Of a DNA stretch of 64,000 nucleotides, positions 8,739 through 18,083 are shown one piece after another; position 1 is the stretch's first letter; every line of letters begins with the position of its first letter. A program made the position numbers and the translations under genes. Under the pieces are notes generated by a model that was not told where the DNA came from, ran no database searches, and saw only the letters and a list, made by a program, of their open reading frames with translations. The stretch is from a virus, in IMG/VR virus record IMGVR_UViG_3300033571_009591, positions 20,216 through 84,215 of that record; one strand, given 5' to 3'.

Positions 8739-10517
8739 ATGCGTCACTTAAAAACAGGTGAAACAAGAGCAGAGGCAACTCCAACAGAGTGGCTAAGAGC
8801 AGGACGCACGATTGGCGAACTAGCCAACAAATGGTCTTTGCGTAACGACATTGTTGCGTATGTAGGGCCGGGAGCAGGTGGGCAAGCCCCTGCGTGTTTC
8901 GCTCCAACAACTGCCGAGGTTGAAGTTAATGTTGATATTGCTTTCGGATTTGGCGTAAAGCCCGAAGAGGTCGAGCGACTTAACGAACGCAAAGTTCAAT
9001 ACGAATTCCCAAAGGGAACTGGCGCAATTATGCACGAGGCATTTCATGCTCGCTACTCTCGCTGGTCTATGCCTGAGGCATACAAAGAATTAAAGTCTGA
9101 CGAATATCAAGCACTTATCCTATTAGAGGAAAGTCGTATCGAGTTTCAGGGATTGAAGTCAATGCCTACTGCTCGTCCTTTCCTTCGCTCATGCGCTATG
9201 GAAATTGTAATTGGTGATGTTAAAGAAGATATGGAAAAACAAACTCCAACAAAATCACTAACAAATTTAATTGGTTTAGTTCACGCAAGAATTGACGCAG
9301 GTATTCTTGAAGAGCATGAAGTCGCAGTAATAATGGAATTAGTTGAAAACCAAATTCCAGCAGATGTAGTAACTCAACTACGAACAATTGCTCTATCTGC
9401 TCAAGCGCACGAACTTCACGAAGACGCTACTGAACTTTATCCACTAGCGATTGAGTGGGCGCGTATTGTTCGTGAACTCGCTAAAGAGCGTGGAGATGAA
9501 GAAGGTAATAATCCAGTAGGCGAAGCCTTGAAGAAACTTATGAGTGATGTTCTCGACGCTATGGAAGAAGCAAGTGATGAAATCTCTGCGACTAACTTTG
9601 GCGAACTAGCAGATCAAGAACAATCTGAGGATTGGAAAGATGAAGTCAAAGGCAAAGCAGAGGACGCGAAAGAGAAAGAAGAAAATCGCGAAATCGCAAA
9701 AGATGTATTTAGTAAATCTACTGGGGCAGGTTCAACAAAAAGCAGTAGTAGATTAGTAGATACTCGCAGCCCTAACGCAGACGAGTTAGTCGCAGCAGTA
9801 ACTATTGGTCAATGGTTAGAGAAGGCAAAGTATCGCGAGCGCGACGAACACGAGGTTGCCAGTATTCTCCCACCCGGACGACTTCGCACACGAGCCATTG
9901 TTCAAAACGCAGCATTGAAATCTCGTGGAGTGAACCAGCAAGTCGAGGCGTTTCGTCGCACAGTTCGTAAGCACACAGACGACCCAACACTTCATGTCGG
10001 AGTTATGGTGGACATTTCAGGTTCAATGGGTTCAGCCATGCAACCAATGGCAACAACTGCGTGGGTTATGTCTGAGGCAGTAAATCGTATTCAAGGTGAG
10101 TGCGCTATGGTCTATTTCGGAAATGATGTATTCCCTACTCTCAAAGCAGGGCAACGACTTAAAGAAGTTTCTATTTACTCTGCCCCTGATGGCACAGAGA
10201 AATTTGCTAAAGCGTTCTCGGCACTTGATGGCGCGTTGAACTTACTTCACGGAAATGGCGCACGATTGCTCGTCATAGTTTCAGATGGTCAATACACTTC
10301 GGAAGAAACTCGGAAGGCTGAGGAAATTGTTGCGAAGTGTAAAGAGGCTGGCGTAGCAATTCTGTGGTTGCCATTTGATAATGGACAGGGCGCGGATAGA
10401 TTGGCTGCCAACTATGCGGAAGTAATCCGAGAGATTACAAACCCAGCACAGGCTGCCGAAACTATTGGTAGAGCAGCAGAGCGTGTCATGACAAGGATTG
10501 GGCAACGAGTGGCATAA
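8739..10517 (+). CDS. CobT-like VWA protein with N-terminal HExxH metallopeptidase-like domain
   Basis: HEAFH and LEESRIE; MIDAS DISGSM and SDG; follows AAA+ gene. Confidence 0.85.
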   Translation: MRHLKTGETRAEATPTEWLRAGRTIGELANKWSLRNDIVAYVGPGAGGQAPACFAPTTAEVEVNVDIAFGFGVKPEEVERLNERKVQYEFPKGTGAIMHEAFHARYSRWSMPEAYKELKSDEYQALILLEESRIEFQGLKSMPTARPFLRSCAMEIVIGDVKEDMEKQTPTKSLTNLIGLVHARIDAGILEEHEVAVIMELVENQIPADVVTQLRTIALSAQAHELHEDATELYPLAIEWARIVRELAKERGDEEGNNPVGEALKKLMSDVLDAMEEASDEISATNFGELADQEQSEDWKDEVKGKAEDAKEKEENREIAKDVFSKSTGAGSTKSSSRLVDTRSPNADELVAAVTIGQWLEKAKYRERDEHEVASILPPGRLRTRAIVQNAALKSRGVNQQVEAFRRTVRKHTDDPTLHVGVMVDISGSMGSAMQPMATTAWVMSEAVNRIQGECAMVYFGNDVFPTLKAGQRLKEVSIYSAPDGTEKFAKAFSALDGALNLLHGNGARLLVIVSDGQYTSEETRKAEEIVAKCKEAGVAILWLPFDNGQGADRLAANYAEVIREITNPAQAAETIGRAAERVMTRIGQRVA

Positions 10518-10655
10518 TTCGGTTTGGGTGGTCGGTAGATTGCTCAAAGACTTTCAGTTCGGGTGCGTCCTTCCAACGCTTTCCCACCAGAACCGAACGG
10601 AGAGTAAAGTGGGCAGAGTCCCTTAACCCCCTTTCGGGACTCTGCTCACACTTTA
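10518..10655 (+). ncRNA. structured 3' element / candidate sRNA with anti-SD loop
   Basis: TTCGGTT..GGTGG/CCACC..AACCGAA stem, then GCAGAGTCCC-TTAACCCCCTTTC-GGGACTCTGC hairpin. Confidence 0.45.
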
Positions 10656-10700
10656 ACAAAAAGTAAAAACGACAAATGACGAAATGACAAGGGGAAAGAA

Positions 10701-11132
10701 ATGACAGATGAACCGAAAGTAAAAAGGCATGTTATTGAGACAGACCTCGATAGAACAGACGCGGTGTTTTACACAGGCGAAGGTCTTATTGCCACAGTTA
10801 CATACAAAGGCTTTCATGTTGATGTTTATTGTGACGGCGTAACCCACGCAGAACTTTTAGACCAGCCTAACGGCTACCCTGTTTCAAGACTATCCTCTGC
10901 CTCAGATTTTATTAGTGCGGGGCTTAGTACGGATGACGCTATTAGTTTGGCGGTAGAGCAAGAAATACTCATATTCATAAACAACTCGTGGTTCGACTTG
11001 TATTGCGAAGGCGAACACTTAGACATTGTGTGCCACACAATAGGCGACGCCATAGACTCAGCAAAGACTTATGTCGAAGAACAGTATTTTGATGAACAAG
11101 AGTTGATGAAAGAACTTGACACGGCTAGTTAA
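10701..11132 (+). CDS. hypothetical protein
   Basis: AAGGGG RBS; NNSWFD motif. Confidence 0.7.
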   Translation: MTDEPKVKRHVIETDLDRTDAVFYTGEGLIATVTYKGFHVDVYCDGVTHAELLDQPNGYPVSRLSSASDFISAGLSTDDAISLAVEQEILIFINNSWFDLYCEGEHLDIVCHTIGDAIDSAKTYVEEQYFDEQELMKELDTAS

Positions 11133-11173
11133 TTTTGGTAAACTAACGGCAACAGAAAGAAAGGGGAAAACAA

Positions 11174-11689
11174 ATGCACACATGTCACATACTTTTAGTT
11201 GAAGCGGATAATGCCGAAGAGGCGTTGGATTATGTACGCTCTCAACTTAACGGCGAAGACCCATACCCAACTTGGTCTGATTGGCACGAAGTTGGCGGGC
11301 GTTGGTCTGGATTATTTCAAGGCTGGGACGATACAAAAGATGTTCTTGGCTATGCGGACAACCCAACACTAGCCGAAGACATCCTAAAACAATTCTCGGA
11401 CTTCAGGCTCGCGGAAATGAAGCGGTACAAAGAGCAACTGGACGAAGCGGACTTTTCACTAGACAAAGTTCTAGCCGACTACAAAATAAACGACAACAAG
11501 GCGAACTTTGAGAACGGCATGAATTTATGGCGTATGCAAAAACTAATGCAGACACTTCAAGATGATTGGACTTCCGATAGCGGTGTGTTCGACCTTCAAG
11601 AAGGAACGGCAAGTCTTACATACTTTAAGGAACGATTGACGGCTCGCCCCGAGAAACAATTTTTAGTCCCAGTAGATTTTCACTTCTAA
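11174..11689 (+). CDS. conserved phage protein (WSDWHEVGGRW...VDFH)
   Basis: promoter 11116; recurring phage motif DW..GGRW and C-terminal VDFH. Confidence 0.75.
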   Translation: MHTCHILLVEADNAEEALDYVRSQLNGEDPYPTWSDWHEVGGRWSGLFQGWDDTKDVLGYADNPTLAEDILKQFSDFRLAEMKRYKEQLDEADFSLDKVLADYKINDNKANFENGMNLWRMQKLMQTLQDDWTSDSGVFDLQEGTASLTYFKERLTARPEKQFLVPVDFHF

Positions 11690-11785
11690 GAGAAACTCGC
11701 TTTTAGCAAAAAGTAAAAACGGACAAGATTGACACGGCAAGGAAAAATTGTTATTATTGCTTAAACACAACAAAGGGGAAACCAA

Positions 11786-12094
11786 ATGGAATACAAAGAG
11801 ATTACATACCGACTACGGCTTGTTCGTAAAATAAAAGGTTTCACACTACATGAAGTAGAGAAGCACTCGAACGGCGTGATAAATGCGGTTGCCTTAGGTA
11901 GTTGGGAACGAGGAGATAGAAAACCTACATTAGAACGATTGCTTGTTCTTTGTAGTGAAGTCTATAAAGTTCCGCTTTCTGCCGTTGTTAGCGGTAGTCA
12001 TGACGAATTCATAAAGCAAATGCTTACTACGATTTACGCAGACCCTAAAGACCCGAACTTATTAAGTAAATACTTACCAAAGGATAAAAAATGA
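11786..12094 (+). CDS. XRE-family HTH transcriptional regulator
   Basis: LRLVRK.KGFTL...LGSWERGDRKPTLERL. Confidence 0.85.
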   Translation: MEYKEITYRLRLVRKIKGFTLHEVEKHSNGVINAVALGSWERGDRKPTLERLLVLCSEVYKVPLSAVVSGSHDEFIKQMLTTIYADPKDPNLLSKYLPKDKK

Positions 12095-12260
12095 AACCTT
12101 GTATCAAATGCGGTTGGCTAGTCAAAGACGACTTCGGATTATTGAAAGACGAGATGAACGGGTATGTCTGCGACTTCGCAGGAACAACTCCGTTGCCACA
12201 TCAAATAACTTTAGAAAGGAGTTTTGCTTTCGTTGTATAAGCGAATAGCAAAAAGTAAAA

Positions 12261-12491
12261 ATGAAAGTTAGAGAACTTGTAAGTCAGTTGCAATTAAATT
12301 ATCTCCCTGATGATGAAATTATTGTTGCTTACTGGGATAAAGAAACGATAGAAAATTACGGCTCGCCTGAACTTTCTAAAACTCAATGGTCATTAGTTGT
12401 TGATGATTACGAGTCTGGTGAGTGGGGTTGGCAAAGTACGGCTGCCGAGGAATTTGTCGAGATTGCGGAAAGGATTGTCGGAGATGAGTAA
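12261..12491 (+). CDS. hypothetical protein, paralog of 2933..3181
   Basis: ATG directly after motif A. Confidence 0.65.
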   Translation: MKVRELVSQLQLNYLPDDEIIVAYWDKETIENYGSPELSKTQWSLVVDDYESGEWGWQSTAAEEFVEIAERIVGDE

Positions 12492-12648
12492 AACTTGGAA
12501 AGTTACTTTCGTATCCCACTTCGGTACTGAGGTCACCTCGGAAACTCAAAGAGGGGCGCAAGCCCTTGCCTCGGAGTGGTTGGAGAACGAGTACGGTCAC
12601 GATCTTGCTCGAGCCACCGAGATTGAGGTCGAGGAAGTCGAGCAATAG
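12484..12648 (+). CDS. hypothetical protein
   Basis: start MSKTWKV; TAG stop lies inside motif A. Confidence 0.55.
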   Translation: MSKTWKVTFVSHFGTEVTSETQRGAQALASEWLENEYGHDLARATEIEVEEVEQ

Positions 12649-12814
12649 CAAAAAGTAAAAACTAGGGGGGCAAAATTGTGTCCTCTATCACAAAAGATTT
12701 TTTTGGCGACACGCTTAAATGGATTTGACAATAGAAAATTAAAATGAAATAATTGCTTTATCAAGTCAGATACTTGATGAACGACAAAACGACATAGTGA
12801 AGGGAATTGGGCAA

Positions 12815-13201
12815 ATGCCTAGAACCAACATAGAGCAGGAAGTAGTTGTTAAGACAACTATCGCAGTATCAACAACAACAGTTGCGCTAGACGCAACAAA
12901 TGCTAGTGAGTTAATCGCTAAACTTAACTCAATGCGTGACGCTATCAAGGCGCAACAAGACGCAGAGAAGGCTATCAAGGCTGAACTCTACGGACTTATG
13001 GGCTACACACTCGTTAATGATGAGTGGGTCGGAACTGCCGAAGTTGGCACTATCGCAGGTATTACAGTTGCGAAGGTCGCAACAGTAAATGCTACAAAGT
13101 TGAACAAAGAAAAATTGTTCGCTGAAAACCCAAACGCTGAAGCCTTGCTAAAGGCTTACACAGAGCCAGCACCCTACAAGGCTCTAAAGATAGGTAAGTA
13201 A
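12815..13201 (+). CDS. hypothetical protein with coiled coil
   Basis: promoter 12725, AAGGGA RBS, terminator follows. Confidence 0.7.
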   Translation: MPRTNIEQEVVVKTTIAVSTTTVALDATNASELIAKLNSMRDAIKAQQDAEKAIKAELYGLMGYTLVNDEWVGTAEVGTIAGITVAKVATVNATKLNKEKLFAENPNAEALLKAYTEPAPYKALKIGK

Positions 13202-13207
13202 TTCGAG

Positions 13208-13241
13208 AAGCCCTCGCACCGAAAGGTGCGGGGGTTTCTTT
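13208..13241 (+). terminator. intrinsic terminator
   Basis: GCCCTCGCACC-GAAA-GGTGCGGGGGT + T-run. Confidence 0.85.
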
Positions 13242-13290
13242 ACCAAAAATTAAACCAACAACAAAAAGTAAAAAAGGGGAAAAAGAAAAA

Positions 13291-13440
13291 ATGGAAACTG
13301 AAAAAACAGTATGGGCGTCAAGTGTTACAGAGACTATGGTCGCTGAAGCAGGGTTAAACGATAACGAGATAAGTATGCTCGTTGAGTCGCTTAATGACGC
13401 GGTTATGGAAGTCTGCCTTAATTACAACATTACTAACTAA
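13291..13440 (+). CDS. hypothetical protein (49 aa)
   Basis: AAGGGG RBS adjoining motif A. Confidence 0.5.
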   Translation: METEKTVWASSVTETMVAEAGLNDNEISMLVESLNDAVMEVCLNYNITN

Positions 13441-13501
13441 AGGTGATTGACAAAAAAGAATTAAAGTTTTATACTTAGCACTACACAACAAAGGGGGAAA
13501 G

Positions 13502-13717
13502 ATGAGTGAAATGTATAGATGTGTCGTGTGTGATAGCGACAAAGTAAATGAACACCCAAAGATTAAAGATAGTTTTTATGGACTCCAGTACCTATGTGAT
13601 GATGATGAAAAAGGTTGCTGGGATACTTACGAGGGTTGGTATTGCGACACTTGTAAGTTGCTACACGACCACGATACCACTATGGAAAGTGATAACAGTT
13701 GCCAAGTAAAGGACTAA
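13502..13717 (+). CDS. Cys-rich hypothetical protein
   Basis: promoter 13447, RBS. Confidence 0.6.
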   Translation: MSEMYRCVVCDSDKVNEHPKIKDSFYGLQYLCDDDEKGCWDTYEGWYCDTCKLLHDHDTTMESDNSCQVKD

Positions 13718-13792
13718 GGTACTTGACAAACAAGAATTAAAGTTTTATACTTAGCACTACCAACGCACGACTAACTAGAAAAGGGGAAATAA

Positions 13793-14275
13793 ATGACTAC
13801 AACAACAATAGAAAAAGTTACAGTTAAGCAAGCAAGTCAAGCAATAAACCAACTCGCAACAAACTTTATGGAGTCAAACGAGATTGACGCGGACTTACTT
13901 TTGATTGTCACTAAGGGAATTACAACTAATACAATTGCCCACTTACGCGACTACATGCTCGGTATGCCAGCAGATTTTGGCGTAGGGTTTATGATTAATT
14001 TTGCTGAAGCGATTGAAGCACAAACACCTGCGGAGAACTCTTACGCAATTAAAACAATTCTCTCGGCTTTCTATTATGAAAACTTAGACTCTACTAAGGC
14101 TAAGGCAAAGGTTGATGAAGCACTAGCAATTAATCCTTCATACTCACTCGCTCAATTACTCTCACGAGTATTCGGTTCGGGTTGGTCTGCGGAGTCTTTC
14201 GTAAGTATGCGGAGCGAACTTCACCCTAAAGTTATTCTTTCGATTAAAGATGACGCGGAAGTAGAACTTTCATAA
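13793..14275 (+). CDS. DUF4192-like protein (C-terminal part)
   Basis: LRDY..G and AL.INPSYSLAQLL motif of actinobacterial DUF4192. Confidence 0.6.
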   Translation: MTTTTIEKVTVKQASQAINQLATNFMESNEIDADLLLIVTKGITTNTIAHLRDYMLGMPADFGVGFMINFAEAIEAQTPAENSYAIKTILSAFYYENLDSTKAKAKVDEALAINPSYSLAQLLSRVFGSGWSAESFVSMRSELHPKVILSIKDDAEVELS

Positions 14276-14282
14276 GTAAGAG

Positions 14283-14313
14283 AAGCCCCGCAGAAATGCG
14301 GGGTTTTTCTTTT
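14283..14313 (+). terminator. intrinsic terminator (CCCCGCAGAAATGCGGGG family)
   Basis: near-identical hairpins at 14629, 15545, 18131 and 27298(-). Confidence 0.85.
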
Positions 14314-14392
14314 CCCCGACACGCAGGTTAGGATTTGCTATTTTGATTTTGATAGGATACAATTAAGTTATCAAAACAAGGGGGTGAAATAA

Positions 14393-14614
14393 ATGTTAAG
14401 TTTCGGAGATTATGTAAATGGTCTTAATGACAACGCATGTTGTCAATGCGGACGCAAGGTGGGTAAGAGTCCTAAGTGGGTTCATCTATCTATCTTTGGT
14501 TCGATACTCCACCCCGCGAGTGACGCGGACGGAGGAACGCAATCACAGGGGTTTTGGCCGGTGGGGAGCGAGTGCGCCAAAGCGTTCGACCCTGCGGTGC
14601 TAGTAAAAAACTAA
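14393..14614 (+). CDS. small Cys-containing phage protein
   Basis: CCQCGR...WPVGSECAK; promoter 14335; terminator 14629. Confidence 0.7.
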   Translation: MLSFGDYVNGLNDNACCQCGRKVGKSPKWVHLSIFGSILHPASDADGGTQSQGFWPVGSECAKAFDPAVLVKN

Positions 14615-14782
14615 ATAGAAGTAAAAAGAACCCTCGCAGAAATGCGGGGGTTCTTTTTTTTAGGTTTAGCAAAAAGTAAAAATAGCACCAAGATCGCTAG
14701 TGCGGTGCTGGACTTCCAAACAACTTTCATAGTTACCAAAACCTTAGCAAAAGAAGTGTTAAGACAAAACGGACATTTTGCT

Positions 14783-14798
14783 TGTGATGTATGTCACA
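14783..14798. promoter_or_regulatory. CRP/GlxR-type site
   Basis: perfect TGTGA-TGTATG-TCACA upstream of the 14885 cassette. Confidence 0.6.
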
Positions 14799-14884
14799 AA
14801 ATATTTTTTAGATTTTTGATTGACTTTTGTCCCTCTAATTCGTCTTACATAATAGAAGGATAAAAAATAACTAAGGGGGAAAAA

Positions 14885-15097
14885 ATGTACGATTACACAG
14901 ATTACTTAGAGAGTAAATACGCCATGCCAGCCGGCCCAAAGCGTATAGCCCGACCAAACCTAACTACGATTGTGAAGCCTCGCAAGGTCGCACCAGCCCG
15001 CTACTGCGAGTGCGGTCAAAAGTTATCTATTGCCAACGAAGGCGTTGCTTGCTTTATCTGTACGCGGAAAAAAGATAAAGAAAAGAGAAAGAAATAA
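14885..15097 (+). CDS. Zn-finger hypothetical protein
   Basis: CECG...CFIC; AAGGGGG RBS. Confidence 0.65.
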   Translation: MYDYTDYLESKYAMPAGPKRIARPNLTTIVKPRKVAPARYCECGQKLSIANEGVACFICTRKKDKEKRKK

Positions 15098-15297
15098 GTT
15101 ATAGGTATTTGACTTACTTATAGAAAAATGCTACAATTACGACAACAACAACTTATAGGGGGTAAATAAATGTCAGACGCGGTTATCAAACACTTAGGCT
15201 TATACGCCAATGGGAAAGTTGTTCCTATTTGCGGAGAGTGCGAGAAGGCACTCACACCCGAGGATCTCGGGTATGGACACGATTGTGAGGTTAAGTA

Positions 15298-15531
15298 ATG
15301 GATACGATCTCAATGAGTTATCACTTGCGGGGAAATTTCTATCCACCGCTACCACTTGATTACGCTGAACCTGCCGTTAAAGCATGGGAGTTGTATCAAG
15401 AGGAAAACTATGATGCGGTAGTCGTACTACCTGCAAGCATAGAGCCCCACCCCGCTACTGCCGTAAAGACAGAGGCCGGCTGGGAAATAACTGCAAGCGA
15501 GTTGGTGCGGATACTTAGATTAGATCGATAA
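15298..15531 (+). CDS. hypothetical protein
   Basis: HLRGNFYPP motif; terminator 15545. Confidence 0.65.
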   Translation: MDTISMSYHLRGNFYPPLPLDYAEPAVKAWELYQEENYDAVVVLPASIEPHPATAVKTEAGWEITASELVRILRLDR

Positions 15532-15787
15532 GTTAAACTAAAAGAGCCCCGTCAGAAATGGCGGGGTTTCTTATTTCCCCCTACAAACAACTTTTTGATC
15601 CGTACTATCTACTAATGCAATTTTTACTTTTTGCTAATGCAGGTTTTTTTTTGCAGCTGACCAGTTCCCGACTTACAAACAACTTTCTGACCTACGCTTT
15701 TTTATTTGGGCGACACGCTGATTTAGATTTGACAATCTGTAAAAAACCTTTATACTTAGACTTACAACCAAACAAAGGGGGAACAAA

Positions 15788-16027
15788 ATGAAAAAGTTTA
15801 TCTTGGTAAAGAAGTCTGACGGAGAACGCGGACAAAATGGCAAGAAGAAGATTTACGAAATTGTTCAAGAAGGAACTCGCGTTGTGATGATGTGGGGTAA
15901 GGCAGAAGAACTTAAGAAGCAAGAAAATGTCAAGACCTTCCAAACAGAACAACAGGCTTACTGGTTCGCACTTGATAAGCAATGGGAGAAGCAGAACAAG
16001 GGTTACGAGTTAGTAGCCTCTCTCTAA
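15788..16027 (+). CDS. stand-alone WGR-domain protein
   Basis: KKIYEI...MWGK...Q..KTF...A...EK.NKGY pattern. Confidence 0.75.
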   Translation: MKKFILVKKSDGERGQNGKKKIYEIVQEGTRVVMMWGKAEELKKQENVKTFQTEQQAYWFALDKQWEKQNKGYELVASL

Positions 16028-16123
16028 GATGTGGGGAAGCCCCACCGAAAGGTGGGGTTATCCAACACTTGACTTTACTTAGGTAAAGTGCTAAACTTAC
16101 GACAACAAAAGAAAAGGGAAAAA

Positions 16124-16438
16124 ATGAAAAACTTAGAACTGGTCAGAGAAAGAGTAAGCGAGGCTAAGGCTATCGCTTGGGATACCTGCCACAAGATTTA
16201 TGTCCTTATGGATGATGAGCAGGTAGAACTAATGCGCAAGTATCAGTATGACGACCTTATTACAAAAGAAAAAATGACAACTGATGAAATGGTAGACACC
16301 TTAGAAGATTGGTTCGGGGCGTCTTGCAGTCTTAGATTTATTGAAGCAGTAAGCACTAATCACGAAAACCCGAACGCGGGTTTTGAGTCGCTCATTGGTC
16401 AAGGTGAAGATGAGGATTATTATGACGACGAAAACTAA
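16124..16438 (+). CDS. hypothetical protein
   Basis: promoter 16069; AIAWDTCHKIY motif. Confidence 0.7.
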   Translation: MKNLELVRERVSEAKAIAWDTCHKIYVLMDDEQVELMRKYQYDDLITKEKMTTDEMVDTLEDWFGASCSLRFIEAVSTNHENPNAGFESLIGQGEDEDYYDDEN

Positions 16439-16814
16439 AAAACCACCACGCTATCTCTATCACGCAACTGCGGTTTGTAACCAAGAGGGCATTGAGAAAG
16501 AAGGACTTCGTGCTGGTTTCGGAGAAGTCTATGCGAGCGAGAGCGAAGATGATTGTCTAGCCTTTATGGGATTTCGGTTAATGTCACACTTTCACTTTAG
16601 TAAAAAAGGTGAAGAGCCTGTGTTTGTAGAACACGACAGATTACTTGTTTATGAGATTGACACAAAGGTTACTGGGAAAAGTAAATGGGAAGTTGGAACA
16701 GACCACAACCCTGAGTTTTTTGGTAACGCAACTTCATGGGTTCACTTTGGTTCGATAGAACGAGGAGCGATTGTTCGCTGCATTGAGTTCGCTCCACAGG
16801 TTAGCAAAAAGTAA
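16422..16814 (+). CDS. ADP-ribosyltransferase-fold protein (Tpt1/KptA-like)
   Basis: YLYHAT...GIEKEGL...VYAS...VYEID pattern. Confidence 0.6.
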   Translation: MTTKTKKPPRYLYHATAVCNQEGIEKEGLRAGFGEVYASESEDDCLAFMGFRLMSHFHFSKKGEEPVFVEHDRLLVYEIDTKVTGKSKWEVGTDHNPEFFGNATSWVHFGSIERGAIVRCIEFAPQVSKK

Positions 16815-16892
16815 AAACTGCGGTGATGCGGGTGCTTGACAAAAAACAACTCGCATGAGATACTTACACTACAAAGAAAGGGGGTCGCTCAA

Positions 16893-17150
16893 ATGAGTGA
16901 CAAAGAAACAATAGCAATAGAGATAGATGTTGAAGAAGGTGCTTTCCTTAACATGGGGTTAGCACTATTACTAGAGATGTTAGGTAACGACATTGAAAAT
17001 TGGGAGAACAAGAAAGAGTCCTCTATGGACAAATTGTTCTTCCTCATGGATACAAAGGTAGGAGTCGCAAGCCTATGGCGCAAGATTCTTATCACAATGG
17101 GAGCAAGCCCTGAAGACATTGCTGAACACTTAGAGAGTGCGGGTGAGTGA
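16893..17150 (+). CDS. hypothetical protein
   Basis: promoter 16836, AAGGGGG RBS. Confidence 0.65.
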   Translation: MSDKETIAIEIDVEEGAFLNMGLALLLEMLGNDIENWENKKESSMDKLFFLMDTKVGVASLWRKILITMGASPEDIAEHLESAGE

Positions 17151-17151
17151 T

Positions 17152-17376
17152 ATGGCTGAGCACCATTACATAATTAAGTTTGATGATGTTACTAAGGTAT
17201 GGTCACATGACACAGATTCCGAAGAAGTGCGGTTTGTTGATGGCACTATCTATGATGAAGCAGAGCAAGCGTGGTTCGTACCATACCAAGGTGATGGACA
17301 ATTCTACCGAAACGCTGATGAGATTGACGAGCGACTATCAACAGTTATAGACCTACTAGAAGGGTTGAAAAAATAA
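17152..17376 (+). CDS. hypothetical protein
   Basis: operon-coupled ORF. Confidence 0.6.
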   Translation: MAEHHYIIKFDDVTKVWSHDTDSEEVRFVDGTIYDEAEQAWFVPYQGDGQFYRNADEIDERLSTVIDLLEGLKK

Positions 17377-17606
17377 TGGACGAGATTCTTTTAAGTCGAA
17401 CAGTTATGTTCGTAGGTGACTACTTTACTTTGATGACGACAGTTGTCCTTGACGAGAAGTTGCGGAACGACGATGAAGGTGACAACGATTTCGCAGTTAG
17501 AGTTGCCTCAGTTTTTATGAATGAATACTACGGATTTGATGTAGAGGCAGTATCTAATAACATTGGAGTTGTTGATGATGATGGAGAGGTAGTTGAAGAT
17601 GAGTAA
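17376..17606 (+). CDS. hypothetical acidic protein
   Basis: TAATG coupling. Confidence 0.6.
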   Translation: MDEILLSRTVMFVGDYFTLMTTVVLDEKLRNDDEGDNDFAVRVASVFMNEYYGFDVEAVSNNIGVVDDDGEVVEDE

Positions 17607-17949
17607 TCTCACACTTGACATGCTTTCTAATTTAGTTGATGACATTACAAATGGAAGTTTAGATGGTCAGTTGGATTCGATTAGTAAAGCAGTAGAGCAG
17701 AGAAAGAAAGACATTCGTAGTGGAACGACCATTGACGATTTTAGAGTTGGAGATGTTGTGACCATTAACGAGCGTTGCGGAACTAAGTACCTTATTGGAG
17801 AACGAGGCACAGTTGTCGGGATTCGTAGGACTAAGATAACAATTCAGTTTGAGAACCCGAAGGGTAGGTTCGTGCGGAAGAACGCAGATGGAACTACCTA
17901 TTCTTCAGATGTTGTAGTGCCAGTAGAAATTGTTGATAGAAAAAAGTAA
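17593..17949 (+). CDS. SH3/KOW-like hypothetical protein
   Basis: FRVGDVV...GERGTVVGIRRTKITIQF. Confidence 0.6.
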   Translation: MKMSNLTLDMLSNLVDDITNGSLDGQLDSISKAVEQRKKDIRSGTTIDDFRVGDVVTINERCGTKYLIGERGTVVGIRRTKITIQFENPKGRFVRKNADGTTYSSDVVVPVEIVDRKK

Positions 17950-17976
17950 AAGAGAAGGAAATGCGGTAAAGTATTA

Positions 17977-18083
17977 TCACCTCGGCAAATAGGCAACCCC
18001 TTCGCCTCCGCCGAGATGAGAGTGGGCTCACCCTTCCACTCCGCCAACTTCTCTCTTTAACCCCTTTTAGATGAGAAGTTGGT
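17977..18083 (+). ncRNA. candidate three-hairpin sRNA with C-rich anti-SD loops
   Basis: loops AACCCCTTC (17995-18003), GCTCACCCTT (18026-35), TTAACCCCTTTT (18057-68) on three consecutive stems. Confidence 0.6.

Larger units (their letters stand above)
8651..12761 (+). repeat. identical 45-bp promoter duplication (8651-8695 and 12717-12761)
   Basis: AAATGGATTTGACAATAGAAAATTAAAATGAAATAATTGCTTTAT at both sites. Confidence 0.9.
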
